From positions 1 through 64,000 of IMG/VR virus record IMGVR_UViG_3300020156_000005: 64,000 bases of DNA. One strand, written 5' to 3'. The notes under the pieces are model-generated. The model saw nothing but the letters and a program-made list of their open reading frames with translations. It was not told where the DNA came from and ran no database searches. Positions 6,970 through 15,366 of the stretch are shown piece after piece. Position numbers and translations under genes: made by a program. Within the stretch, counting starts at the first letter, position 1, and each line of letters starts with the position of its first letter. This DNA comes from a virus.

Positions 6970-7289
6970 TAGTGCCTGATTTTATTGTTACCGCCCGAGT
7001 GGGGTACCGGAAAGAGCTTCCAATTGACGAGTTGAAATCTCAGATTGAAGCCAACATGGACGCCATGGACCTTTCTGCCCTCAATGAAGAAGATATAAAG
7101 ATGCTCAGCATTGAGGTTGTCGGACTGAAAGCTTCCTTTGATTTCGACATCATGACCGAGGTCACCATGAAGGGCATGACAGATATAGAAGGTGCCATCC
7201 ATGCCTTCTATCGGGAAGTATCCGATGACCTCGAATACGAAGGCCAGAAGCCCAACGAGATTACAGTTGAAGGTGTGAGAAAAGCATGA
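6966..7289 (+). CDS. hypothetical protein (107 aa)
   Basis: Track ORF 6792..7289 trimmed to ATG 6966, which is coupled (ATGA) to the small membrane ORF. The longer 6792 start cannot be excluded. Confidence 0.55.
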   Translation: MIVPDFIVTARVGYRKELPIDELKSQIEANMDAMDLSALNEEDIKMLSIEVVGLKASFDFDIMTEVTMKGMTDIEGAIHAFYREVSDDLEYEGQKPNEITVEGVRKA

Positions 7290-7450
7290 AGAACCCCAAC
7301 ACTCACCGCGTGTACATCAACCATCCCGACGGGCGCAAGGAACTGAAGGCGTCCGGCAAGGAGGACTTCTGTAACGTCATTGCCGCCAACCACCGAAAGA
7401 ATGGTTACGAGTCTGTGGTTGTGCCGATCCCCGAGAGTGATCTTCGGTGA
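7286..7450 (+). CDS. small hypothetical protein (54 aa)
   Basis: Not in the track. ATGA overlap upstream and GTGA overlap downstream. Reads MKNPNTHRVYINHPDGRKELKASGKEDF... Confidence 0.45.
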   Translation: MKNPNTHRVYINHPDGRKELKASGKEDFCNVIAANHRKNGYESVVVPIPESDLR

Positions 7451-7620
7451 AGAGGTGCACATATTGCGGGCGTAAAGTCCGCAATACGGAAGACGAATGG
7501 TCGCACGGGAAGTTTATCCGCTTCCATAAGCCATCGTGCGAATGGAACTTTGACGACGAGAACATCTTTACCAAACTGTATCTCATCTGGAAGAATCGAG
7601 GAACATACAATGAAACGTAG
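7447..7620 (+). CDS. small zinc-finger-like protein (57 aa)
   Basis: Not in the track. GTG start. CTYCGRK ... HKPSCEW motifs. Overlaps the next start by 11 nt. Confidence 0.45.
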   Translation: MKRCTYCGRKVRNTEDEWSHGKFIRFHKPSCEWNFDDENIFTKLYLIWKNRGTYNET

Positions 7621-8152
7621 TCTTGTAATCGTAGCAGGAGCTACACTCTTTGCTCTGACAGGAGCGGCTACCGCATCTGCTATCCCCACGGGAAGTGGTG
7701 CGGGCATCAACAGTGGCGGTGCGGCAGGCAGCTCGGAGCCTCCTACCAAGACGCTGGAGTTGCCCATCGAAACCGAGCGTCCAATCTTCGTGGCTCCCTA
7801 CGGCCCGGCCGAGTCTGCGAATCCGCAGTACACCTTCGTTGCCAGTACGCAGGAACAGAATGCGGCACTCGACAACTTCACTACCGTTGTCGGCGCTGCC
7901 GGTGCAGCGGGCACGGTAGCGGGAGGCGTGGCTGGCTTTGTGATTGGCTGTCCTATCGGTGCCGCTCTTGGCTTGCCTCTTGCCATCCTTCCCGGTGCCC
8001 TCGGCGGCTGCCTCGTGGGCGGCGTGGCGGGTGCTGGTATCGGGGCCGGTCTGGGCTCGCTCGCCGGTGGCGGGGCGGCTGGTCTGGCGGCTGGTGTGGA
8101 CGTGGTACAGACGCACTTCGCCGCTCCGGGTACAACTCACTGGGCGCAGTAG
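7610..8152 (+). CDS. secreted/membrane Gly-Ala-rich protein (180 aa)
   Basis: Track ORF 7550..8152 trimmed to ATG 7610 (GAGGA upstream). Signal-peptide-like MKRSLVIVAGATLFALTGAATASA and a Gly/Ala-rich hydrophobic C-terminus. Confidence 0.65.
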   Translation: MKRSLVIVAGATLFALTGAATASAIPTGSGAGINSGGAAGSSEPPTKTLELPIETERPIFVAPYGPAESANPQYTFVASTQEQNAALDNFTTVVGAAGAAGTVAGGVAGFVIGCPIGAALGLPLAILPGALGGCLVGGVAGAGIGAGLGSLAGGGAAGLAAGVDVVQTHFAAPGTTHWAQ

Positions 8153-8230
8153 TCAAGTATGCTTGAGTTCATTCTTGAATGGCTATGGTACAACCTGCCA
8201 CGCGGCGGACGACCCTTCTAAGGAGACAAT

Positions 8231-8575
8231 ATGAACAATAACTTCAGCACAGAAGAGCAGGCAGTAGCGGACGCCTTCGCCAAGATCGGTATCGGTATCA
8301 ATAGTTTCACAGAAACTAGCGAAGGTCTCGATATCGACATGACAAAATTGGACGGAAACGATATCACCACTGAGGTCTTCGAGGAGGCCAAGGAGGTTTC
8401 AGGCCCGGAATACAAGCAGCCTTCGCGTGATAACATTCTGCTGAAGGTTACCGACTTCGTAATGGATAACATCACTCAGGAAGATCTCGTCACCTGGATC
8501 GACGAACAGATCAACGCTGCCAACGCTGCCGGGTACACGGAAGGCTACCAAGATGCGGGGGATGAGGATAACTAG
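8231..8575 (+). CDS. strongly acidic hypothetical protein (114 aa)
   Basis: Track ORF with AAGGAG 6 nt upstream. Very Asp/Glu-rich and ends GDEDN. Confidence 0.6.
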   Translation: MNNNFSTEEQAVADAFAKIGIGINSFTETSEGLDIDMTKLDGNDITTEVFEEAKEVSGPEYKQPSRDNILLKVTDFVMDNITQEDLVTWIDEQINAANAAGYTEGYQDAGDEDN

Positions 8576-8581
8576 TACGAG

Positions 8582-8610
8582 TTGACAGATACCCAAGTTG
8601 ATGGTATACT
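8582..8610 (+). promoter_or_regulatory. sigma-70/SigA-like promoter
   Basis: TTGACA (8582-8587), 17-nt spacer, TATACT (8605-8610), 60 nt upstream of the AAA ATPase start. Confidence 0.5.
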
Positions 8611-8670
8611 AGACACGTAGCAATCCCAGGCCCACGAACCCCGCTCAGATTATCAGGGAGGCAATCTTAT

Positions 8671-10254
8671 ATGACTGAGACTAAAGAACCTGCGGAGGTT
8701 AAGTCTTGCGCAAACTGTCCATCATTCTTGGGTTCATCTGAACTCACGAAGCAGGCATCTAATTACAATACGATCCTGAAGGCTCCAACGTGTCCACTGA
8801 AGGGCAAGCTTCTAGGCGGACCGACGGCACCAGCGCATGTCAACGAGAAGATTCAGGAAGCGGTAGCCCGCACCTGCTCTTCGTACGGCAAGCCGGTACC
8901 GAAGTCGCAGCAGCCTGCGAGCACACTTGCGGTGTCGTTGCCCATGCCTCAGATTGGTGCACCGGAAGGTAACATTCATCCCGGTAACTGCCGCACCTGC
9001 CGGTACTTTGTGTCCGCTAAGGTGATGCAGGAGGAGATCGGCATCACGGTTGCCTTGTGTGCTCGCAACGGTACACTAATGAGCGAGCAGAACTCAACCA
9101 AGATAGCTCGCAATTGCAGCGTTGGACAGGCGAACGTAATTGCCGATGAAGACGCATTGCAAAGGCAGTACGAAGAACTGCTGGCCGATGTGATGATCTT
9201 GCCTGAGTTGCGGGCAGCTATCAGCAAGGGCAAGCGAATCGGAAAGAACCTGCCAGAACCGGAAGATCCATTCATCGAGCCGGACGACTGGCCCACCGAT
9301 GCTGATGTGACCGAGGAAGACAAGGCGCATGGCATCAAGGCGTGGCGGAAGTACTACAACGACGATGAAACCAAGAGCGTCATGCTCCCGGTGTTCGACG
9401 TCAACTTCTTCGACGAGGATGAGCGTGCGAAGATTCCGATGACCGGAGATCAGAACCACCCGGAACTGTACAAAGATCATCAGAATCTCGCCTTCAAGGC
9501 TGCCGTGATCTGGAACCTCAATGAGACTCCAGCCTTGCACGGCGTCGCGGGCACCGGCAAGACGGAGTTCTACCGGTACATGGCATGGAAGATGCGCCTG
9601 CCCTTCGAGCGGGTTAGCATCACGGCATCCACCGAGTTGGATGACCTCGCGGGCAAGACCCACTACACCCCGGAGAAGGGTACCTTCTTCGAACAGGGTC
9701 GCATCCCTCGTGCCTGGGCGAAGCCTTGTGTTCAGGTTCTCGATGAGCCCAACGTCGGAAGTCCTGCTGTGTGGCAGTTCATCCGGCCCATGACTGACAA
9801 CGCGAAGCAGTTGGTCTTGGATATGGACGAGGGTTCGGTGGTAGATCGGCATCCGTATTCTTACCTGGGTCTCGCCATGAATCCGGCGTGGGACTTCCGT
9901 AACGTTGGCGCTGAGGTCATCAGCGACGCGGACGGGTCGCGACTGATGCACATCTTCGTGGAGTTCCCCGACAAAAAGATTGAACGGGAGATCATCCGCA
10001 AGCGGTGCGAGCAGGACGGTTTCAAGATCAGCCCGGATCAGCTCACCAAGATGATGGACATCGCAGAAGAGTTGCGGTCACTGTCGAAGGATGGTGCGAT
10101 CCCGATTACCTGGGGCATCCGCCAGCAGATCAAGGCCGCACGTGCCCTGGCTTGGTTCTCTTGGCCCGAGGCATATCGACTGGCTGCCGCTGACTATCTC
10201 GAGCCCGAGGCGCAGCAGACCATCTTGGACAAGGTTAACCTGAAGACGGAGTGA
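8671..10254 (+). CDS. AAA+ ATPase, MoxR/CbbQ/CobS-like, with duplicated Cys-rich N-terminal module
   Basis: Walker A GVAGTGKTEF and Walker B VQVLDEPN with AAA_5-like spacing. The N-terminal 150 aa carry two CxxC...C units (CANCPSF..TCPLKGKLL and CRTCRYF..LCARNGTLM). Confidence 0.8.
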   Translation: MTETKEPAEVKSCANCPSFLGSSELTKQASNYNTILKAPTCPLKGKLLGGPTAPAHVNEKIQEAVARTCSSYGKPVPKSQQPASTLAVSLPMPQIGAPEGNIHPGNCRTCRYFVSAKVMQEEIGITVALCARNGTLMSEQNSTKIARNCSVGQANVIADEDALQRQYEELLADVMILPELRAAISKGKRIGKNLPEPEDPFIEPDDWPTDADVTEEDKAHGIKAWRKYYNDDETKSVMLPVFDVNFFDEDERAKIPMTGDQNHPELYKDHQNLAFKAAVIWNLNETPALHGVAGTGKTEFYRYMAWKMRLPFERVSITASTELDDLAGKTHYTPEKGTFFEQGRIPRAWAKPCVQVLDEPNVGSPAVWQFIRPMTDNAKQLVLDMDEGSVVDRHPYSYLGLAMNPAWDFRNVGAEVISDADGSRLMHIFVEFPDKKIEREIIRKRCEQDGFKISPDQLTKMMDIAEELRSLSKDGAIPITWGIRQQIKAARALAWFSWPEAYRLAAADYLEPEAQQTILDKVNLKTE

Positions 10255-10258
10255 TGAG

Positions 10259-10495
10259 ATGGGTAAACTTAAACCAGGTGAGATTATCGCCTACTGCGGA
10301 AAACCTTGGGCAATACTGATTGCGCTGGATGATAAAGACGAACTCATCTGGCGTAATCACGTACCTACCATAGTTCCATTTGAAACTTCCATAGGAAGAA
10401 TCTTGATTGATCCATTGCCAATGGAAGAGTTCAGTCTTCGACCTAATCCAGAAGCCGTAACGCATATCCTTACAAAAGGAAAGCGGTTTCTGTAA
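10259..10495 (+). CDS. hypothetical protein (78 aa)
   Basis: Track ORF. N-terminus MGKLKPGEIIAYCGKPWAIL resembles 34225..34416 (MAKLKSGELVEYMGKVWQVL). Confidence 0.55.
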   Translation: MGKLKPGEIIAYCGKPWAILIALDDKDELIWRNHVPTIVPFETSIGRILIDPLPMEEFSLRPNPEAVTHILTKGKRFL

Positions 10496-10499
10496 CGAA

Positions 10500-10685
10500 A
10501 TGAACTGGACCACTCTTAGGAACGGTCTCGGGGGATTGGTCGCGGTCTGCATTGCAATGTGGATCGCGATCTTCTTCAACTACTACGGGACCAAGGTATT
10601 CGCCTTCACGGTAGGACTTGGCGTCCTGTTCTATGATGCCGTCTGGATTATGGATAGAATAAGTAACAAACGAAAGGATAACTGA
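10500..10685 (+). CDS. small membrane protein (61 aa)
   Basis: Track ORF. Two hydrophobic segments (GGLVAVCIAMWIAIFF and AFTVGLGVLFYDAVWI). Confidence 0.55.
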   Translation: MNWTTLRNGLGGLVAVCIAMWIAIFFNYYGTKVFAFTVGLGVLFYDAVWIMDRISNKRKDN

Positions 10686-10690
10686 CCCAC

Positions 10691-11104
10691 ATGAGCGAGC
10701 TTCTTTATGGCGAGCAGGGCTATGAAATCAGAAGGAATATGAACTCTAAGCGGGACGAACTCCGCAAGAAGCGTGATAATCTTGCTGCCGCGCTAGCGTC
10801 CGTTCAGGAACAGCTTGTTGCTGAAGAGAGTCTGAACATTCCGGCCGAACCGACTGGCAAGTTTGTTGCCTTCTCGAAGTGGTTCGGTCGTGAACACAAG
10901 GAGTACAATTACGCTGCGGTTAAGCGCACCAATAGCCGGGGCAACTCTCCGCTGTGGAGCATCAGCGGTAGGCAGAGTCTTGGTGTCGTCACCTGGGCTC
11001 AGCTGATGGACTTCGTTCAGCATGCAGAAGTTGATCGGCAGCGCGCGCTTGATAGCGTGAAGATTCTGAAGCCGAGCAAGCATCCGCTCAATCAGGTAGG
11101 GTAA
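10691..11104 (+). CDS. hypothetical protein (137 aa)
   Basis: Track ORF on the same strand, packed between the AAA and vWA genes. Confidence 0.6.
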   Translation: MSELLYGEQGYEIRRNMNSKRDELRKKRDNLAAALASVQEQLVAEESLNIPAEPTGKFVAFSKWFGREHKEYNYAAVKRTNSRGNSPLWSISGRQSLGVVTWAQLMDFVQHAEVDRQRALDSVKILKPSKHPLNQVG

Positions 11105-11138
11105 CTTCATCCATGGTTCAGGGACACAAGTCCCTGGG

Positions 11139-11266
11139 CTGTGGTGGAAGTTGAGATACAAGAGATAGGTTACTCCGCCCCTCATGGTCCGGGAGTTGAC
11201 TATCAAAGAGACGATGACCAGGATTAAAGAGGTACGGTCAACGTCTCGTCTCAACTTCCTCCACAG
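11139..11266 (+). other. long-range helix in the vWA gene leader
   Basis: ctgtggtggaagttgaga (11139-11156) pairs with tctcaacttcctccacag (11249-11266), 17 of 18 bp, enclosing about 90 nt that include a TTGACT box. Confidence 0.35.
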
Positions 11267-11301
11267 TCGATCCCGCTCAGATAGGAAGAAAGGTTGGTGA
11301 T

Positions 11302-13269
11302 ATGAGCCGACGTAAAAAACGACTCTCTCAACTTGACCAGGAGACACGAGTCGCCCTTGCATACGATGCACTCCAGAAGATGTGCCCGAGCCTGACAGCT
11401 TATGCGCGCTCGTACACTAACAAGAAGACTGTCCGTGTGGTGCCCGGCAAAAACACGGAGACGGATGGCAAGACCATTTTCATTCGCCCCCCGCTCACCT
11501 TGGCGCATCAGCCGGAACATGACCGACGTATCTGCGGAATGCGCGGGACGGACGGCATCCAGCGGTGTGAGGCATGCGCTCTGCGGGAACGCATCATGAC
11601 TCTTCTTCATCACGAGATTGCGCACATCTCGCACGGTAGCTTCATCCGGTATTCCAAGCGTAACCTTCTAGCCGATCCCTGGAACAAGGTTCGTAGCTTC
11701 CTCCCGATCTACGAGAACTCTTATCTCAACTTTGTGGATAGCAACACGGACAACGCAGAGAAGCGTGTCCACTCCCTGGTCGCCGCCAATGGTATTCACG
11801 ATCACGTTTCTATGGTGCACTTGATGAATGAAGATCACCGGATCAACACGGCGAGCTATGTTCGTGAGCCTGCACTCTGGAAGCGTATGCATCTTCTGTC
11901 AGAAGAGATACTGTATAACGGCATCGAGATGGATGATGGCACCTTCGAAAAGTGGCAAGACATGGAGGATGACCGACAGATTCTTGCAGCCTCCCTGTTC
12001 TATATGGAAGGCTTTGACATTGAACCGGAGTTCTCCGAGAAGGTAGTGAACTGCATCTTCGATCCTCGAGTGAAGCGTATCCTGGATCAGACTGCCTATC
12101 ACAAGTCCTCCATGGACACCCTTCTGGATGCAATTCAACTTGTGTCTCTGTTTCGGGAACATGACCTTCTAAACAAGCACACCAAGCCTCGTGATGAGAT
12201 GACACCGGAAGAGTCGAAGGAACTGGATGAGTTCCTGAAGGCTCTGCGTGAAATCCTGAAGTCGTTGTTCGGTCACGGAGAAAAGCTCGGCGTAGGCGGG
12301 GATGACTGCGGTGAAGATGATCACGGTATGGGTCCGGGTGATCTTGAAGATCCATCCGACGAGACGGTTCGCAAGGTCATCGACGCCAAGAACTGGCTGG
12401 ACAATATCCCTGGTCACTTCGGAGGCATCAACGTCTACCCGGTAGGCCAAGGACCTTCGTTCCGACCTGAGCGAGCGCAAGAGATTCCGAAGGCCAGTGA
12501 AGCCATCATCGGGAAGGCGGTAGCCAAGTCTCGTATTGCCTTGCAGATGAATGCGCGTGCCAAGCTACATCGTGACCAGAAGCACGGCAGGGTGGACGCT
12601 CGCAGCCTCGGAAAGCGTGCATGGAACGAGGGTGACGGCAGACTCTTTAAGACAAAGACGGTGCCAGACAAGCGTGACTACGAAGTCCTGATCGGCTTCG
12701 ACATCTCGGGTAGTACTAGTTCGATTCCAAGCTACGACATGAATCCGCCAGTGACTCGACTTGAGATGTTGAAGTTCTCGGTGGCAGCGTTGGCGGATAC
12801 GATGCACCGGCTTGGCGTGAAGTTCTCCATCTACGCGCACAACACCGGACACTCTTACGACGACACCAACGGATACACCTCCACGATGGACATCTACACC
12901 GTGAAGACGGTAGATGAAGTCTGGACACCGAAGGTGCGTGAGAGACTGTCGTCAATTGACAATGACGGGTCTAATCTTGACGGTAACACATTGCAGTTTT
13001 ACCGCAAGCAGCTGGATAAGTCCCGAGCGTCCGATAAAATCTTGATGTACTTCACGGACGGCATGATGCCCGGTATGGCTAGCAGGGAAGAGTTGCCTAT
13101 CCTTCAGCAGGAGATTGAGACCTGCCGTCGCAACGGGTATACGCTTCTCGGTGTCGGCGTATTCACGGACGCGCCTATCCGTCATGGCCTGCCCACCGTG
13201 CAGGTAAACGGGGAAGCTGATTACCCGGCGGTGATTGATCATCTCGCGAAACGGCTACAGAAAAAATAG
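11302..13269 (+). CDS. vWA-domain protein with N-terminal HEXXH metallopeptidase-like domain (CobT/DUF2201-like partner of MoxR ATPases)
   Basis: HHEIAH (HEXXH) near residue 95. MIDAS motif DISGSTSS plus downstream YFTDGM in the C-terminal third. Encoded 1 kb downstream of the AAA ATPase. Confidence 0.8.
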   Translation: MSRRKKRLSQLDQETRVALAYDALQKMCPSLTAYARSYTNKKTVRVVPGKNTETDGKTIFIRPPLTLAHQPEHDRRICGMRGTDGIQRCEACALRERIMTLLHHEIAHISHGSFIRYSKRNLLADPWNKVRSFLPIYENSYLNFVDSNTDNAEKRVHSLVAANGIHDHVSMVHLMNEDHRINTASYVREPALWKRMHLLSEEILYNGIEMDDGTFEKWQDMEDDRQILAASLFYMEGFDIEPEFSEKVVNCIFDPRVKRILDQTAYHKSSMDTLLDAIQLVSLFREHDLLNKHTKPRDEMTPEESKELDEFLKALREILKSLFGHGEKLGVGGDDCGEDDHGMGPGDLEDPSDETVRKVIDAKNWLDNIPGHFGGINVYPVGQGPSFRPERAQEIPKASEAIIGKAVAKSRIALQMNARAKLHRDQKHGRVDARSLGKRAWNEGDGRLFKTKTVPDKRDYEVLIGFDISGSTSSIPSYDMNPPVTRLEMLKFSVAALADTMHRLGVKFSIYAHNTGHSYDDTNGYTSTMDIYTVKTVDEVWTPKVRERLSSIDNDGSNLDGNTLQFYRKQLDKSRASDKILMYFTDGMMPGMASREELPILQQEIETCRRNGYTLLGVGVFTDAPIRHGLPTVQVNGEADYPAVIDHLAKRLQKK

Positions 13270-13365
13270 GGGTTTGCGAAGGTGCGCCCCGGTCTGATAC
13301 TCTGTATTCATTGGGCCGGGGTAACCGGGCACCGATTGAAGGCAGACCCACAGTAGGAGAATTCA

Positions 13366-13836
13366 TTGTCTGATCAGGGTATTGGCCAGTATAAAGGTGA
13401 TTTCGTAGAGATCGAACTTGCCTCGCATGCTGGCGAAGCGAAGGAATACCGAGTCGAGGAAGCCAACCTTGGCATGGTGATCCTCCGCGAGAAGGGGAAG
13501 TCCTCGCCCTTCCTGGCGAAGGAAGAAGACATCATCTCCTTCACTCCTCCGGCCCCCAAGCCTCCGGCCCCGCTGAAGGCCAAGCGGATCAAGCCGATTG
13601 AGTCGGAGAACGTCAAGCGTCACCTTGTAGACATGCATGCCTACCGGGTTGCTGACATCAACGGAATTTCCGAGGAAGAAGCTGTTCGGTTGCACGACAG
13701 CATCGACCATCAAGAACTGGACCTCGGGCACTTCCACGCTCTTTCCAAGCGAGAGCAGGCTATTGCAGAAGACGGTCCGTCGTCTGACGCCAATGAGTCT
13801 CAGAACGAGGAAGAGGAGTCGGAATCCCCGTTCTGA
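13366..13836 (+). CDS. hypothetical protein with acidic C-terminal tail ending ESPF
   Basis: Track ORF. TTG start 6 nt after AGGAG. C-terminus NESQNEEEESESPF. Followed by a strong terminator. Confidence 0.6.
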   Translation: MSDQGIGQYKGDFVEIELASHAGEAKEYRVEEANLGMVILREKGKSSPFLAKEEDIISFTPPAPKPPAPLKAKRIKPIESENVKRHLVDMHAYRVADINGISEEEAVRLHDSIDHQELDLGHFHALSKREQAIAEDGPSSDANESQNEEEESESPF

Positions 13837-13862
13837 GGTTCGCGTTAAGCGCGCGCAAGTAA

Positions 13863-13893
13863 AGCGGTATCCTTGCAACGGATGCCGCTTTTA
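13863..13893 (+). terminator. intrinsic terminator
   Basis: agcggtatcc-ttgcaac-ggatgccgct (10 bp including one G-U) followed by TTTTACTTT. Lies 27 nt after the stop at 13836. Confidence 0.6.
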
Positions 13894-13928
13894 CTTTCAC
13901 GGAGACTAGTACTAGATAGGAGAAGATA

Positions 13929-14144
13929 TTGAACCGAGCCGTATTCAAGATCACCTTGTTGGCTGTGCTCACTGCGGCATTGACGACAGCTTGTTACGAC
14001 TACTCTCGTGTTTCGGATTTCTATGAAGAGTGTCACAGCCTGGGAGGTATGGTTCAAGAGACTGTGCCGGGTGGGCTCTTTAAGGATAGCCGAATCGACT
14101 GCATCGTGAACAACGAGATCGTTTATCTTGAGGGATATTACTGA
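13929..14144 (+). CDS. putative lipoprotein (71 aa)
   Basis: TTG start after GATAGGAGA. Signal peptide and lipobox-like LTAALTTAC. Confidence 0.55.
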   Translation: MNRAVFKITLLAVLTAALTTACYDYSRVSDFYEECHSLGGMVQETVPGGLFKDSRIDCIVNNEIVYLEGYY

Positions 14145-14404
14145 TGGGAACCCCGTCCGATAGAATCAAGGTGCGCGAGTACCGGAACATGAGCGAGACT
14201 GCGCGCGGAATCTTGGTGTGGCTAGAACACATGATGAACACGAAACGTTCCGTCATTGACAGCATCAAGGCGCAGGCTAGTGGGTACGCACCGAACGAAC
14301 AGCTTTACCAGAACACCATTGACTCAGTGGTGCACGACTACGCCTCCTGGCCGCAGTCGAAGTATTACCTTGACGAGGTAAACGAGAGGATGTTTCAAGA
14401 GTGA
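14144..14404 (+). CDS. hypothetical protein (86 aa)
   Basis: Track ORF with TGATG overlap upstream. Confidence 0.55.
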   Translation: MGTPSDRIKVREYRNMSETARGILVWLEHMMNTKRSVIDSIKAQASGYAPNEQLYQNTIDSVVHDYASWPQSKYYLDEVNERMFQE

Positions 14405-14883
14405 GTAACGAGAAGCCCGATGAGGCCGTGCGCGATCTTGCAGCGCAGGTGGGCTTGACTGTGCAACCTGATCCGATTCCGAACGAGTCGCCATCCATGC
14501 ACGACCTAGTGGCTGCCGACTTGCAGACCCGGAAGGAATTCGGACTCAGAAAGTACGGTACGATCTTGCAGGCAGGTAACGGGCGCAATCCACTGTTGGA
14601 CGCCTACGATGAGGTTCTTGACCATGCAGTCTACATCAAGCAGGCGCTCATTGAGCGTGACGAGATGTTGGAACTTATTGGTTTCGCGCTCCGACTTCGG
14701 AAGGGATATCACCAGGAAGAGGAGTGGAGCTACTTCGACAGGAAGTCGGAGGAAATCTTGAACCGTTCACAGCTTTCGACTGAGCCGGACAATATGAGCG
14801 TGGCTCAGCGAATCCAGCAGAAGTACAGCGAGATCGGTCAGCAGGAACACGACGATGACGTATGGGACTTCGGTCCCCAGTAA
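14401..14883 (+). CDS. hypothetical protein, weak nucleotide-pyrophosphohydrolase-like (KYG motif)
   Basis: GTGA overlap start. FGLRKYGTIL ... DAYDEVLDHAVYIKQ recalls DUF5664/MazG-like phage proteins (weak recollection). Confidence 0.5.
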   Translation: MSNEKPDEAVRDLAAQVGLTVQPDPIPNESPSMHDLVAADLQTRKEFGLRKYGTILQAGNGRNPLLDAYDEVLDHAVYIKQALIERDEMLELIGFALRLRKGYHQEEEWSYFDRKSEEILNRSQLSTEPDNMSVAQRIQQKYSEIGQQEHDDDVWDFGPQ

Positions 14884-14888
14884 GGAGA

Positions 14889-15107
14889 ATGATGAACACC
14901 TACAAGGCTATCGTTACCGGCAAAGAAGGTAATTGGTATGTCGTGGAGATTCCACAGCTTGGCCGTGATGCAGTAACTCAGGCTATCCGGCTCGAGGAAG
15001 TAGAGGATGAGGCGATTGATTACATCGCAGTCACCTTAGATATTGAGCCCGGTTCGTTCAACGTGGAAGTAGAAGTAAGGAGCACAGATGTCAGCGAAAG
15101 CCTTTGA
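14889..15107 (+). CDS. hicB: HicB-family antitoxin-like protein (UPF0150 fold), no DNA-binding tail
   Basis: Track ORF trimmed to the ATG pair at 14889/14892 after AAGGAG. YKAIVTGKEGNWYVVEIPQLGRDAVTQA...EDEAIDYIAV matches the HicB N-domain pattern. Confidence 0.6.
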   Translation: MMNTYKAIVTGKEGNWYVVEIPQLGRDAVTQAIRLEEVEDEAIDYIAVTLDIEPGSFNVEVEVRSTDVSESL

Positions 15108-15255
15108 TGTTCAGGAGAACATCCGCAAAGAGTTCGCACGTTCCGGTAGTGGCTCATGGCCCATTATCTTTTTGAATGAAGATGGTACCGCCTATGAATT
15201 CAAAGATGTAGTAACCGATGAAGAGAATGGATTCATCGTCGTCAAGCTCACCTGA
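15088..15255 (+). CDS. small hypothetical protein (55 aa)
   Basis: Not in the track. ATG 5 nt after AGGAG. Overlaps the hicB-like 3' end by 20 nt. Reads MSAKAFDVQENIRKEFARSGSGSWPIIFLNEDG... Confidence 0.4.
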   Translation: MSAKAFDVQENIRKEFARSGSGSWPIIFLNEDGTAYEFKDVVTDEENGFIVVKLT

Positions 15256-15366
15256 ACCAAGCGAAGACGAGCCCACCTACGGCTGCGGCTACGAGTGGGA
15301 ACACACCTTGGTATTCGGCATATGTATCGAATGCGATGCCGAACTAATTGACCCAGAGGAGTACGT

